Counted from the stretch's first letter, positions 44,656 through 54,694 are shown. The stretch: DNA of 64,000 nt from an uncultured Bacilli bacterium (GCA_947631035.1 CANRJW010000002.1:3233-67232), one strand, 5' to 3'. Made by a program: numbers and translations. Notes: generated by a model not told the origin, from the letters alone.

Positions 44656-45486
44656 TCAAATTGCAACCGGAATTTTATGCTCAAACTTGTTCGGCTCATA
44701 CCCTTCTAACTTAAAACTATCTACTGTAAAATCATAGAAATTTTTAATATCAGGATCTACAATAAGTTTGGGGGCAGGCTTGGGTTCGTTTTTAAGTACC
44801 TCTTCTGTTAAAGGAATATGCCTATCATAAATATGAGCATCAGCAATAACGTGCACTAATTCTCCAGGCACTAAACCACTTACTTGCGCCATCATAATGA
44901 GAAGAATAGAATATTGAACTACATTCCAGTTATTTGCTGTTAACATATCATTTGAACGTTGATTGAGGATACCATTCAATACATTCCCTGAAACATTAAA
45001 CGTCATGGAATATGCACATGGATATAATCCCATTTCATGCAAATCCTGAAAATTATAAATGTTAGTTAAGATTCTTCTACTTGCAGGGTTGTTTTTCAAA
45101 TCAAATAAGACTCTATCAACTTGATCAAACATTCCTTCTTTATACTGATGCTTAACACCAAGTTGATATCCATATGCTTTGCCTATTGAGCCACTTTCAT
45201 CTGCCCAGCTATCCCAAATATGAGATCCCAAGTCGTGAATGTTATTGGATTTCTTCTGCCAAATCCAAAGTAATTCATCTATGCAGGACTTAAAAGCTGT
45301 TCTTCTTAAGGTTAAAATAGGAAATTCTTCCTGTAAATTATATCTATTAACAATACCAAATTTCTTAACCGTGTGAGCCGGTGTACCATCATCCCAGCGG
45401 GGCCTTACCTCAAGGTTGGTATCCCAGGTTCCATTATCTATAATATCTCTGCAGTTCTTAATAAATATTTCATCTGCTTTACTCAT
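44656..45486 (-). CDS. thyA: thymidylate synthase (ThyA, folate-dependent)
   Basis: RRILTNIYNFQD..GLYPCAYSMTFNV contains the catalytic Cys of the PCH motif; the DAHIY block and overall ThyA architecture are present (276 aa). Confidence 0.9.
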   Translation of the reverse strand: MSKADEIFIKNCRDIIDNGTWDTNLEVRPRWDDGTPAHTVKKFGIVNRYNLQEEFPILTLRRTAFKSCIDELLWIWQKKSNNIHDLGSHIWDSWADESGSIGKAYGYQLGVKHQYKEGMFDQVDRVLFDLKNNPASRRILTNIYNFQDLHEMGLYPCAYSMTFNVSGNVLNGILNQRSNDMLTANNWNVVQYSILLIMMAQVSGLVPGELVHVIADAHIYDRHIPLTEEVLKNEPKPAPKLIVDPDIKNFYDFTVDSFKLEGYEPNKFEHKIPVAI

Positions 45487-45697
45487 CTACAATATCCCTT
45501 ATGTCATTTAAGAAGTCCTGAAATCTCTTTTTATTCTCTTTTTCGAACTTTCTTTTATTTTCAAAAAACATGCAAGCACGGGGTCTGGAAAAAGTCCGTA
45601 CTTTATTATCATCATCAACAAATGCTCTGCATGTTACCTTACCAGCTTGATCCACCAACACGCAGTTTCTACATTTCTTACAATTCATTTGTCTCAT
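45479..45697 (-). CDS. small Cys-rich protein
   Basis: 72 aa with CKKCRNC...C. Confidence 0.4.
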   Translation of the reverse strand: MRQMNCKKCRNCVLVDQAGKVTCRAFVDDDNKVRTFSRPRACMFFENKRKFEKENKKRFQDFLNDIRDIVDE

Positions 45698-45737
45698 TCT
45701 ATTTCTCCCATGTCAGCTAACAACGATGAATACTCTT

Positions 45738-46025
45738 TCACTTTTCCACATAATATTTTTCTGAAGAATACGTTGTTGCCACTATCTCAGAATTTGAGAA
45801 CACATCCTGCAGTATTTGGGGAAATTCATCGACAAGTATTTTGCGCGGTTTATCACGCATTTTGCAATACTTGTTATAAGAAATAAATTGAGCCCGTGGA
45901 TACCGTAATTGAAGCATTCTTGTAAGCGCGTCGTCCCATACTATGATAGGGATATTTAATTTCTCAGATAAAGCAGCTAACTGAAATGTTTTTCCTGTAC
46001 CCCTGGGCATATCTATAATTTTCAA
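45738..46025 (-). CDS. small P-loop protein
   Basis: MPRGTGKTF Walker-A-like motif; 95 aa. Confidence 0.4.
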   Translation of the reverse strand: MKIIDMPRGTGKTFQLAALSEKLNIPIIVWDDALTRMLQLRYPRAQFISYNKYCKMRDKPRKILVDEFPQILQDVFSNSEIVATTYSSEKYYVEK

Positions 46026-46122
46026 AATAGTGCCTCCTGTATCAACTATCTATACCAGAAATACATATATAGAAATAAAGGAGAGGAAGTACTTCCTCTC
46101 CTTTCTCTTAAAAATATTTTAA

Positions 46123-47208
46123 TTATTCAAAGGGTACGAACACGTTAGCACCCTCACCTGTCATAACATCAGGCAACTGACCATCCCATGCTTCTAGGTA
46201 TTCAATATACTTCAAATAATCTGAAATAACTTTAATTTCCGCTTCTGTCTTGCCTTCAAAGTCAATTTCATAATTCACACCCACCTGGACAAGCTCGCCA
46301 CTTTCGTTTTCTTCCATAACAGGTGTTTCTTTGATAGTGAATCCAAGCATACGTGCAACTTCGACTGATTTTGCCTTAATTGCATCTGCTTCAGCCTTTG
46401 CTGCTAATAGCTGTGCCTGTGCATCACCCTCAGCTTTTGCAATTGCCGCTTCTGCTGCAAGCCTTGCAACTTCAAGTTCTTGTTCAGCTTGGATAATTGC
46501 TCTTTCTTTTTCGTACTCAGCTTGCAACTTCTTCTGCTCTGCAACCATCTTATCTTCAACGGTCTGTTCAAAAGTATCTGAAAAGTCAATATTTGAAAGA
46601 ACAACTGTAGTTACATCTACGTAATAACTTTCATCAATTGCTTCCTTAACAAACTGCTCCACCTCGGGGGAAATCTCAGCTCTCTTCTCAATAATTTCCA
46701 TTGCTGAATACTTGGAAAGAACCGACTTTGTTCTCTCAGCAACAACGCTTTCAATTCTATTTTCCAAAGCATCCAAATTACCGTATTGTGTTGCAATGTC
46801 GATAACCTTATCTTGCTGAATTTGGAACTGAACGGTCATTGCAATATCCATTGTCTGAGCATCTTTTGAATATGCTTGTGTGGTAATATCTGTATTCTGT
46901 ACCTTAGCATCATAATACTCGTACTTATCTGTCATCCAGAAATCAAAATAAGTACCTGCATTCCTTGTACCCTCAATTTCACCCATGTGCTTTACGACAG
47001 AAATCTCACCAGCTTCAACGGTGTGAAATGACCATGGAATACACAAAAACAGTACTGCAAATACTAGTGCAGTTGCGGCTCCTGCCCACTTACAAGCTGC
47101 TGCTCCACGGTCCCATTCACCGTCCATTACAGTACCTGCGATAAGTGCGGCAATACCGCCAAAGCACAAAACACCAAATATGATTCCTAAAGCTATTCTG
47201 AAAACCAT
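46123..47208 (-). CDS. SPFH/band-7 (prohibitin/HflK-like) membrane protein
   Basis: N-terminal TM, an SPFH core (VVKHMGEIEGTRNAGTYFDF...) and an Ala/Glu-rich coiled coil (AEQELEVARLAAEAAIAKAEGDAQAQLLAAKAEADA). Confidence 0.7.
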   Translation of the reverse strand: MVFRIALGIIFGVLCFGGIAALIAGTVMDGEWDRGAAACKWAGAATALVFAVLFLCIPWSFHTVEAGEISVVKHMGEIEGTRNAGTYFDFWMTDKYEYYDAKVQNTDITTQAYSKDAQTMDIAMTVQFQIQQDKVIDIATQYGNLDALENRIESVVAERTKSVLSKYSAMEIIEKRAEISPEVEQFVKEAIDESYYVDVTTVVLSNIDFSDTFEQTVEDKMVAEQKKLQAEYEKERAIIQAEQELEVARLAAEAAIAKAEGDAQAQLLAAKAEADAIKAKSVEVARMLGFTIKETPVMEENESGELVQVGVNYEIDFEGKTEAEIKVISDYLKYIEYLEAWDGQLPDVMTGEGANVFVPFE

Positions 47209-47291
47209 TTATACATCACCTCTTTATTTTTTTTTTATTTATCTACTTCTTCTACGTTGATAATGTTTTGATAATCGTCTATAATAGGAAG

Positions 47292-47576
47292 TCACCAACC
47301 TATAACAGTAAATCTGTAGGTATGATTTTCCTTAATCTGTGCATACATATCAGAAGATCTGAACTTTCCTCTAAACCAGTTATCCGTATTTTCAAATACG
47401 ATTACTTCTCCGTCTTCTTTTTCACAGAAGACCAGGTATTTCCCATCATCGTTATAGTTTACTCTTTCCATTTTGGTAACTGTAACCACGTATTCTTGAT
47501 CGTTAAAAGTGCTACCAAAGAATAGGCCAGCAGCAATAACCAAAACAATTACAAGAATAGGAATGAATTTTTTCAC
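47292..47576 (-). CDS. small membrane-anchored or secreted protein
   Basis: N-terminal hydrophobic segment (MKKFIPILVIVLVIAAGLFF). Confidence 0.4.
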   Translation of the reverse strand: MKKFIPILVIVLVIAAGLFFGSTFNDQEYVVTVTKMERVNYNDDGKYLVFCEKEDGEVIVFENTDNWFRGKFRSSDMYAQIKENHTYRFTVIGW

Positions 47577-47605
47577 CTTTCTACTTCACATCTCAATTTC
47601 TATAC

Positions 47606-47642
47606 ATATTATAGTATAGGTGAAAGGAAAAGTCAACTAAAA
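47606..47642 (-). promoter_or_regulatory. promoter-module variant
   Basis: atattatagtat...agtcaactaa; upstream of 47292..47576. Confidence 0.4.
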
Positions 47643-47676
47643 ACAAAGAAAAAAGACCCTAATTTTTATAGGGTCT

Positions 47677-48045
47677 TTAAAAATTATCTTCATTCATGGT
47701 TTGTATAAGATTTCTACAGTCTGCTAATGCTTCTTCTTTTGTTACCTCAAATGCTTGTGTAATTTTATTATATGGGTTATTAAGAAATCCGTATACTTCC
47801 TTGGTTATTTTACCTGAATTAAACATACACTTTTTTATACTGCAGCTACAAGATTTAGGCAGTAAATCTAAATCAGGTATTACAGGGCCAAAAGTGAATA
47901 TTCTTGTATTACCAAGCTTGGTTTCTACGATTAGAACAAATTCACAACCTTCATCATTAAATGCTTTAAATGCAAAATTACCTATATCATCTATAAGAAG
48001 TTCTGCCTGAGCATCCGCTTTTACAAAATAGGGAAAACTTACCAT
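47677..48045 (-). CDS. hypothetical protein
   Basis: 122 aa ORF. Confidence 0.4.
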   Translation of the reverse strand: MVSFPYFVKADAQAELLIDDIGNFAFKAFNDEGCEFVLIVETKLGNTRIFTFGPVIPDLDLLPKSCSCSIKKCMFNSGKITKEVYGFLNNPYNKITQAFEVTKEEALADCRNLIQTMNEDNF

Positions 48046-48057
48046 GATCGATTCGCC

Positions 48058-48240
48058 TTATTCGAGTAATTGATGTATTTTTTGAGGCTCCACCTCACAG
48101 AGGTTGTAATCACGGTCTCGCATAACAGGAGATGGGTTCAATAGCTTTCTCTTTAATCCAAAATATAGTAAATTAAGACCAATGATGACAGCGACTGCTA
48201 AAGCAATTATTAATGCAACTTCAATCACTACTACCATCAT
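48058..48240 (-). CDS. small membrane protein
   Basis: 60 aa with a single TM helix. Confidence 0.35.
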   Translation of the reverse strand: MMVVVIEVALIIALAVAVIIGLNLLYFGLKRKLLNPSPVMRDRDYNLCEVEPQKIHQLLE

Positions 48241-48907
48241 CTACAGGTCCTTCAACCTTAAGGTTTTTCTCTATCTTTATCTCACCACTATCTACCTGAG
48301 ACATAAACTTAGCTGCATGATCAATTGCAGAAAGATTAGGATCATCCTTAATATCGGCTTCTAGTTGCTTTTTGTATTCATCTATTGCTTTCATATAGGC
48401 TTCTAAAAGCTTATTCTTTTCTTTTTCTTTAGCTTTATCAAATCTTTTATCTATTTCAAGTCCGATTGTTTCTAGTGTCATGCCATCCAGAAGATCTACT
48501 TCTTGTTGTAAATAAAAAGCAACCGCACCTGTAAATGTAGATATAAAAGAGCCACCTTCCAGTGTCTGGTACATCATGTTGATTTCAGTGCTTCTAGGGT
48601 GTATAAATTCCCTGTTAGGAAGGCTTGCATCTTTTTGTCTAACTAAGGTGAATCCCTTAGAATGACTAATAATAGGGTTAATATAAATTCTTACATCAGG
48701 AGTGCTAGACTTTGTTTGAAATCTGACACATACCATTCTATATGGGTAACCAATCTGAGGAGCTGATAAGGACTGTAACTTATTTTCTAATAAAGTAGAT
48801 TTTAATTCCCCGGCAATTCTAAAAGCTAATTTCCTATCTTCTTCTAGGTTAATTTCATCTGCTCTTTCTATAAACTTTTCTAAATCAGTAATAATATCCA
48901 TTTTCAC
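48221..48907 (-). CDS. hypothetical protein
   Basis: 228 aa ORF. Confidence 0.45.
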   Translation of the reverse strand: MKMDIITDLEKFIERADEINLEEDRKLAFRIAGELKSTLLENKLQSLSAPQIGYPYRMVCVRFQTKSSTPDVRIYINPIISHSKGFTLVRQKDASLPNREFIHPRSTEINMMYQTLEGGSFISTFTGAVAFYLQQEVDLLDGMTLETIGLEIDKRFDKAKEKEKNKLLEAYMKAIDEYKKQLEADIKDDPNLSAIDHAAKFMSQVDSGEIKIEKNLKVEGPVDDGSSD

Positions 48908-49188
48908 TCCTCTCTTTCTATGCTAAGTGTGTAAGAATCATCATCAAAAGAAGAAGACAGGGTAATATAAAATGATTCATTCTCGCTGCCCGTATACTCG
49001 TAATAAAAAGCACCGCCGTCTGCAGTAAGTTCTCCACCGTCGACTTCCTCTATTAATTCGCTCTTTTCAAGTAATGAAAATATCTTTCCCCACTCAGTAT
49101 CATTATCTAGTTCTATAATGTAGGCATCACCTTCAAATACACCTGCTTTTGTAATACCAATATCTTCAAGTACAGCTTTTTCGGTCAT
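48904..49188 (-). CDS. hypothetical acidic protein
   Basis: 94 aa ORF. Confidence 0.4.
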   Translation of the reverse strand: MTEKAVLEDIGITKAGVFEGDAYIIELDNDTEWGKIFSLLEKSELIEEVDGGELTADGGAFYYEYTGSENESFYITLSSSFDDDSYTLSIEREE

Positions 49189-49370
49189 ACTAATTCCTCC
49201 GGCGGGGCTGATTCTTCTTCTTCTTTCAGCTTTAGTATAAATTTTTTCGCCTGCTCTTCATTGGGGCACCAGCGAACTGAGATATGTCCCCACTGATCAA
49301 GAAAGAAGACATTTACATGGTCATTCATAACATCTTTATAAGGTAGTGTGATAGTCTTTTTATAAGACAT
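49185..49370 (-). CDS. hypothetical small protein
   Basis: 61 aa ORF. Confidence 0.35.
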   Translation of the reverse strand: MSYKKTITLPYKDVMNDHVNVFFLDQWGHISVRWCPNEEQAKKFILKLKEEEESAPPEELV

Positions 49371-49714
49371 TATTTCAAGTCCTCCTTAATTGTTTTAAGA
49401 GAATTAAGGGCTGTCTTATTTTCATCAATCACATTTTGAGCAGTTCTATTACCACTTGCTTTAACTAATTTCTTATTTTGCCCTGCATAACGTTCTTGCT
49501 TAGATTTCTTAGCAGGCTTATTTAGCAGATACATAAAGTATGAGAGTGTTTCGTAGTTTAGTTTAATTGGTTCAACCATTTTTTTCATATTTTCTACGAC
49601 TTCAGGAGCTACAGAACTCTCTTTAAGTAATTTCTCAGCATCCTTAAGCTCAGCTCTCATGTCATTGTAATTTTTTGTTACTTCGTTATAATAATTAATT
49701 ACATCTCTAATCAT
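49370..49714 (-). CDS. hypothetical protein
   Basis: 114 aa ORF. Confidence 0.4.
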   Translation of the reverse strand: MIRDVINYYNEVTKNYNDMRAELKDAEKLLKESSVAPEVVENMKKMVEPIKLNYETLSYFMYLLNKPAKKSKQERYAGQNKKLVKASGNRTAQNVIDENKTALNSLKTIKEDLK

Positions 49715-50261
49715 GCGATACTCCCCTTTCTTCTAGCGCCCGGTTAATAATATCCAGTGCGATATTATATCCATATTCATCCCCATTAATTTCAAGGTAG
49801 TTAGTTTCATCTATATCATTTAGAAGCTTTAGTAATTTATATTTTAATTCTTCTGACTCTTCTTCAGTTTGATTTCTACCCGTGGGATTATATTTTTTAA
49901 CTCTATTTATAAAAAAGTTAATATTATCAAAAGAGTCATACAACGTTTTTACTAATTGATTAAATGTATCCCCCAATAAAGGATCGTTATTGTAGAGAAT
50001 CTCAAGAAGCAGGGGGCTATCAAGAACTATAACATCCACCTGATCTTTACAGATATACAGCTTATGGTAAGATTCCCCAAGCATATATACTTGATCTTCT
50101 AATGCCTTTGAATTATGTTCCCAGGTCTTGTCTTTTGCAAATTCTGTAAGATATTCTACGTTTACGTTATGCAATTTTAATTGAGCAAAAATGTAAGATG
50201 CTCCGGTGCTTTTACCAGAGCCTGGGGCACCAAACAAATTAATAACAAGCGGTTTTTTCAT
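49707..50261 (-). CDS. P-loop nucleotide/polynucleotide kinase-like protein
   Basis: MKKPLVINLFGAPGSGKSTGASYIF resembles the T4 Pnk kinase-domain N-terminus (MKKIILTIGCPGSGKST); 184 aa with no phosphatase domain. Confidence 0.5.
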   Translation of the reverse strand: MKKPLVINLFGAPGSGKSTGASYIFAQLKLHNVNVEYLTEFAKDKTWEHNSKALEDQVYMLGESYHKLYICKDQVDVIVLDSPLLLEILYNNDPLLGDTFNQLVKTLYDSFDNINFFINRVKKYNPTGRNQTEEESEELKYKLLKLLNDIDETNYLEINGDEYGYNIALDIINRALEERGVSHD

Positions 50262-50280
50262 CTTATTACCTCAAGCTTTA

Positions 50281-50610
50281 TTAATCGTCTTTATCAGAAG
50301 CAGAATGCTGAATATTACGCATATTTTCTATAAATTTAGAAATAGTTAACAAATCAGCAATAGAGCAGTGAGAAATATAATCTGTAGCAGCATCATGTAT
50401 ATTGCAAACATCTTCAAATGTCAGTGAACTGTAAATACTTGATGGTAAGGTATCAGGCTTTTGCGCACTAGAAATACTTTCCTGTCTTTCTTCCCAGGCT
50501 TCTTCATGTGCATATTTTGATGCTGACCAACAGTTATTACATGGCTCCATGTCCTCTGGAAGTTCATAATACTTACAGCCCTTACATTTATTATCCACAA
50601 TATCTTCCAT
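50281..50610 (-). CDS. hypothetical Cys-containing protein
   Basis: 109 aa ORF. Confidence 0.4.
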   Translation of the reverse strand: MEDIVDNKCKGCKYYELPEDMEPCNNCWSASKYAHEEAWEERQESISSAQKPDTLPSSIYSSLTFEDVCNIHDAATDYISHCSIADLLTISKFIENMRNIQHSASDKDD

Positions 50611-50954
50611 TATTCTGTCACCTCTTTAAATTTAAAATTGGACTGGGCTAGAATACCACCTTCTTCAGTAAATACGAAATAAATATTTGCATCTACTGCT
50701 GTTGCAAGTCTAAGATACTTAGCAGTTTCAGGAATATGAGAAACTGTTCCGTTTATATATACCATTTTTCCTCTAACGGCACATTTACAATTACCTACGG
50801 TTTCATAAGAGTTTCTGTAACCTCTGCCTACCTTTCTTGCTCTTCTTTCTACTATATCGTGTTGCTCGTTTACAAGCTGCTGATAAAAAGTCAGGGGCAA
50901 TTTATGCTCACCTATTTCTTCGGGCAAAGGTAGGACCGCTTCAATTTTTATCAA
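50610..50954 (-). CDS. hypothetical protein
   Basis: 114 aa ORF. Confidence 0.4.
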   Translation of the reverse strand: MIKIEAVLPLPEEIGEHKLPLTFYQQLVNEQHDIVERRARKVGRGYRNSYETVGNCKCAVRGKMVYINGTVSHIPETAKYLRLATAVDANIYFVFTEEGGILAQSNFKFKEVTE

Positions 50955-50957
50955 AAT

Positions 50958-51155
50958 TTAATTCTCCCTATTCCTACGGCACCATTCTTTATGCTGCTTA
51001 ACATCCAGTGCAAGAAAAACTGCTCCAATAATTAGCTCAAAAATAGCAAAACCTGTTATAACCCATGCTCCCCAAGTGGGCATAACAATAACCCACGCGA
51101 GTAATAAATGCAACGGCGCGGATATAAAAAATTGAATCCAATCAAAATCCATCAT
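50958..51155 (-). CDS. small membrane protein
   Basis: 65 aa with two TM helices. Confidence 0.35.
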   Translation of the reverse strand: MMDFDWIQFFISAPLHLLLAWVIVMPTWGAWVITGFAIFELIIGAVFLALDVKQHKEWCRRNREN

Positions 51156-51508
51156 ACATTATCATCTCTCCTCTCTTTTTCGAAATAAAATAACACGGGA
51201 TGTGGTTTAGGATCTACAAGACCATATCTTACAGCTATTTGATAGGTGACATTATCTCTTGCAAGTACGGCGGGCATCTTTTCTAACATTCTTCTAAAAC
51301 TATCAAGAGAGCTGCAATGCTTGTAATGGTTACAACTCCTACAAGCAGGTAGCAAATTATTCATATCATTTGTTCCACCGTGCTCAACTGAAATAATATG
51401 ATCTACTTGCATTTTTTCAAAAGGGAGCTCGCATCCACAATAAGCACAATGTCCATTGCATTTATTATATACCTGCTCTCTTTCTATTTTTGTAAAAGGT
51501 CTTCTCAT
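51152..51508 (-). CDS. HNH endonuclease
   Basis: CNGHCAYCGC...DHIISVEHGGTNDMNNLLPACRSCNHYK matches the HNH motif. Confidence 0.75.
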   Translation of the reverse strand: MRRPFTKIEREQVYNKCNGHCAYCGCELPFEKMQVDHIISVEHGGTNDMNNLLPACRSCNHYKHCSSLDSFRRMLEKMPAVLARDNVTYQIAVRYGLVDPKPHPVLFYFEKERRDDNV

Positions 51509-52380
51509 TTTGATTCCTCATCAACCACCAAAACATTACAGATACCTGAGTATGCTGTACAAGCATCAAGAGCAATAATTCCTTTATCTATAAAGGGCTG
51601 AAATGATTTATTAAAATCTTTTTTACTCTTATCAGGAAATTCTTTGTATTTTTGTTTAATATGAGACCATCCCCAGCTACAATGGTAGTGACCACATATG
51701 ATTGTTTTATCAGGAATTACAACTCCCTGTTTCCAGCAATCCATGCCATTCAGCCATCTTGCTCTATTCCACTTTCTGTTATGATTATCTACCTCGTCTA
51801 CCGATGCATCATCTTTTAACTCTTTATTCCATGTAGAGTCAAATTTGTACCTGTCTGGTCTGCCATAAATGTCCGCATGGGTAGGAATAATTGGAATCCA
51901 GCCGTGTGTAATTACATAGTTATTAATTTCTACATAATCAACTGCTTTCTCTCTAATCCATTCCAGTATGGGCTTCATTTTATCGTAGATAAGTTGCTGA
52001 ATAGATCTATCATAAATATAAGAATAAATTTCAAATTTATCCAGATCACAGAATTGGGCAACTGTATCTACTGTTCCATTACTTACATGATGCTCTCCCA
52101 CATGCATTCCTGTGGAGAGTTCATAGACACAGTCTTCAAGTAAATCTTCATGATTACCTCTTACATAAATAAACCTGTCTCCTAAGGATTGTACAAATTG
52201 AAGAAGCTGCCTTGATTCTTCTCCTCTATCAAAAAGATCACCTGCAACTACAAGAATGTGATTTGGGTTGTTTTGCTGCCATCCTGTTTTATCCAAGGCT
52301 TTCTTAAATATGGTAAAGAAACTGTGGATATCGGATGTAATAAAATACTTTTTACTGCTTTCCATCTTTATCTTCCTCAT
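51505..52380 (-). CDS. calcineurin-like metallophosphoesterase (Ser/Thr protein phosphatase or ApaH-like)
   Basis: Motifs SDIHS, VVAGDLFDRGEES and VRGNHE. Confidence 0.75.
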   Translation of the reverse strand: MRKIKMESSKKYFITSDIHSFFTIFKKALDKTGWQQNNPNHILVVAGDLFDRGEESRQLLQFVQSLGDRFIYVRGNHEDLLEDCVYELSTGMHVGEHHVSNGTVDTVAQFCDLDKFEIYSYIYDRSIQQLIYDKMKPILEWIREKAVDYVEINNYVITHGWIPIIPTHADIYGRPDRYKFDSTWNKELKDDASVDEVDNHNRKWNRARWLNGMDCWKQGVVIPDKTIICGHYHCSWGWSHIKQKYKEFPDKSKKDFNKSFQPFIDKGIIALDACTAYSGICNVLVVDEESK

Positions 52381-52837
52381 CCAGCAGTGTTATTCCGCTA
52401 ATATCGTCATCATATATTATATCCATTTCTGAAAAAGAATCAACTATATTTTCTTGCTTTATTTCTTGCTCGGGAGGAATTAGTACCGCATGTGTAGGAT
52501 CTACCTGCAACTGGGGGGAAAACTCTTCAAATGGTGTCATATACCAGGGGCATAGCCAACCCTTTTTCTGCAAAAACTTAAGAGATTTAATAATTTGTTT
52601 CTCTGTAAGTTGTTTGGAAACATCTACATGTGACACGCTCCAGTATTTATCTTTACTATAATCTACAATAAGGACGCTTTTATATTTCTTCGGTAAGGGT
52701 ATTACCCATCCTATGTACTCCGTGGTCATGATTGGCGATATGAAATTATTTATAAACTCAACAGCTTTGTCGCTTAATACTAATACCTGATTTGGCTGCA
52801 TTTGATTCAACTCCAATAAAAAAAAAAGGACTATCAA
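52352..52837 (-). CDS. hypothetical protein
   Basis: 161 aa ORF. Confidence 0.4.
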   Translation of the reverse strand: MIVLFFLLELNQMQPNQVLVLSDKAVEFINNFISPIMTTEYIGWVIPLPKKYKSVLIVDYSKDKYWSVSHVDVSKQLTEKQIIKSLKFLQKKGWLCPWYMTPFEEFSPQLQVDPTHAVLIPPEQEIKQENIVDSFSEMDIIYDDDISGITLLDEEDKDGKQ

Positions 52838-52924
52838 AAGATAGCCCTCAATATATTAAAAACATCACTACAAAGGAAAACTTGTTTTTTAATTATCAGT
52901 GGCTTCTTCTATTTTTCTTATGCA

Positions 52925-53389
52925 TTAGAAAAGGAAGGGGAAGCTAAAATACCTATCAATATTGTTAAAGAACCTACTCATACTTCTGGATATTCTGTTA
53001 TACTCCTCCAACGCTTTCTTACCCGTGTAGGTGGTAGTATAGGTTCCAAATTCCTCATTGAAGTTTTGAATGGCTTTATAACGTTCACTTGAAGCTTCTG
53101 AGTACTTATCTTCTGCTTCTTTAAGCATCTGTTTAGCTTCTTCTTGTGCTTTTGCCACTTTCTTGCGTGCTTCTTCTCTTACTTTTTCGTACTCTTCAAG
53201 AGCTAACGATACCTTATCTTCTGCGACTTGAATACTGTCTGCTAGCTCTTTCTTACGTTTACTTAAAGCATTCTTTTTTTCAGTTTCTGCAAGAGCTTTT
53301 TGTTCCTGCTCTTTTTCGAATTTTTCATCTGCCTCTTTGCACGCTTCTACCGTGTCATAAACTTTACCGTCTTTACCTGTAATTGTCAT
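52925..53389 (-). CDS. coiled-coil protein
   Basis: 154 aa, Glu/Lys-rich with a heptad-like pattern. Confidence 0.4.
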   Translation of the reverse strand: MTITGKDGKVYDTVEACKEADEKFEKEQEQKALAETEKKNALSKRKKELADSIQVAEDKVSLALEEYEKVREEARKKVAKAQEEAKQMLKEAEDKYSEASSERYKAIQNFNEEFGTYTTTYTGKKALEEYNRISRSMSRFFNNIDRYFSFPFLF

Positions 53390-53503
53390 TTTACTTCCTT
53401 ACCTTAGGGCTTACCTTTAAGGACTTACCTAAGGATTTAATAAATTTTTATTTTATTTGTTGTACATATATGAAAAACTTTGCAGTAATGTTTCTACGAT
53501 AAA

Positions 53504-54694
53504 TTAGTCTAACACTATTCTATACAGTGCTTCCATTACATTATCTTCACTAACAATAATAAGATTTTGTGATGGTTTAGAATTTAACCTCAAATCGTGT
53601 GCGTAAGAATCAGTGCCCATGACAGAACCATTGCAGAGTAATAATGTATTACATGATTCATCTGCTGAGAAGTGATGTCTGTGTGCTGCTACTATCAAAT
53701 CACATTTTTGGGACACAAAACTGGTCAAATTTGCAATAGCAGAGCTGGGTTTATCCCTATCCCCATGTACCCCCAATACCTTATGGCCTCTTATCTCAGC
53801 ACAAATAATATCGGGTCCAAATTCATTTTGGTGGAATTTGATATTTCCATTTAGCTTTAATCTATCAGCTAGATACCAATCAGTAATTCTACAAAGGGAT
53901 TCAAGATCTAATGAATCCTCTTTGTTAGGCTCTAACCTGGAATGGTTATCAATACATGAGTAGTACTCAATCTGGAAGAAGTTAGACAGATCATTTATAA
54001 ACTCAGCTAGAATTTCTGACACTTTCATTATTTGAGTGATAACATCTATTCTACTCTGCAACCTGATCGTTAAATGAATTCTACCTGCAATTAGATCCGA
54101 TAAATTAAAAATATGCAGTGTTTTTACATCATTTTTACGGCAGTACTCAATCGTTCTTCGTTTTAGTTCTTCTATTCTATGTAGAGCTACCTTAGGATTG
54201 TAATAATTCCAGGCATTGTTTACCTCAATACCATAGTGCCAATCTGAAATACATAAGATAGCATCATTAGGAGATTCTTCTAAGTTTATAAACTCCCTAG
54301 TAGGAGGAACTAGATATTTGGTTTTTCCAATTTCCCTAGCTGCTTCAAGAGCGATTTCTTTTAATGTTTCTTCACGAGCTAGTTTTCTAACATATGCATT
54401 GTTCTGGATTCTTTCATCTGAAAGCTTTACTTTCACCTTTTTTAGCTCCAGAATCTTTGCATCCAATTCATCAACGTCCGATGAGATGTTTACATACTCA
54501 CTATAATGCTTGCGGAAGAAGCCTTCTTTCCAGTTGGTATTAAAAACCTCATGTGAGATATCTGCTACATCGTCCCAGGATAGACTAAATCTCTTCTTTA
54601 ATGAGCATAGAAATTTAATTCCTTCTACTACATCTTTATACTCATTATCATATAAAATATTTAATATCTCTTCACGTCTTGTACTATCTAGCAT
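53504..54694 (-). CDS. metallophosphoesterase-domain protein with a helical N-terminal domain
   Basis: Motifs CISDWHYG, GVHGDRD and VAAHRHH (metallophosphoesterase motifs I, III, V) in the C-terminal half. Confidence 0.55.
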   Translation of the reverse strand: MLDSTRREEILNILYDNEYKDVVEGIKFLCSLKKRFSLSWDDVADISHEVFNTNWKEGFFRKHYSEYVNISSDVDELDAKILELKKVKVKLSDERIQNNAYVRKLAREETLKEIALEAAREIGKTKYLVPPTREFINLEESPNDAILCISDWHYGIEVNNAWNYYNPKVALHRIEELKRRTIEYCRKNDVKTLHIFNLSDLIAGRIHLTIRLQSRIDVITQIMKVSEILAEFINDLSNFFQIEYYSCIDNHSRLEPNKEDSLDLESLCRITDWYLADRLKLNGNIKFHQNEFGPDIICAEIRGHKVLGVHGDRDKPSSAIANLTSFVSQKCDLIVAAHRHHFSADESCNTLLLCNGSVMGTDSYAHDLRLNSKPSQNLIIVSEDNVMEALYRIVLD

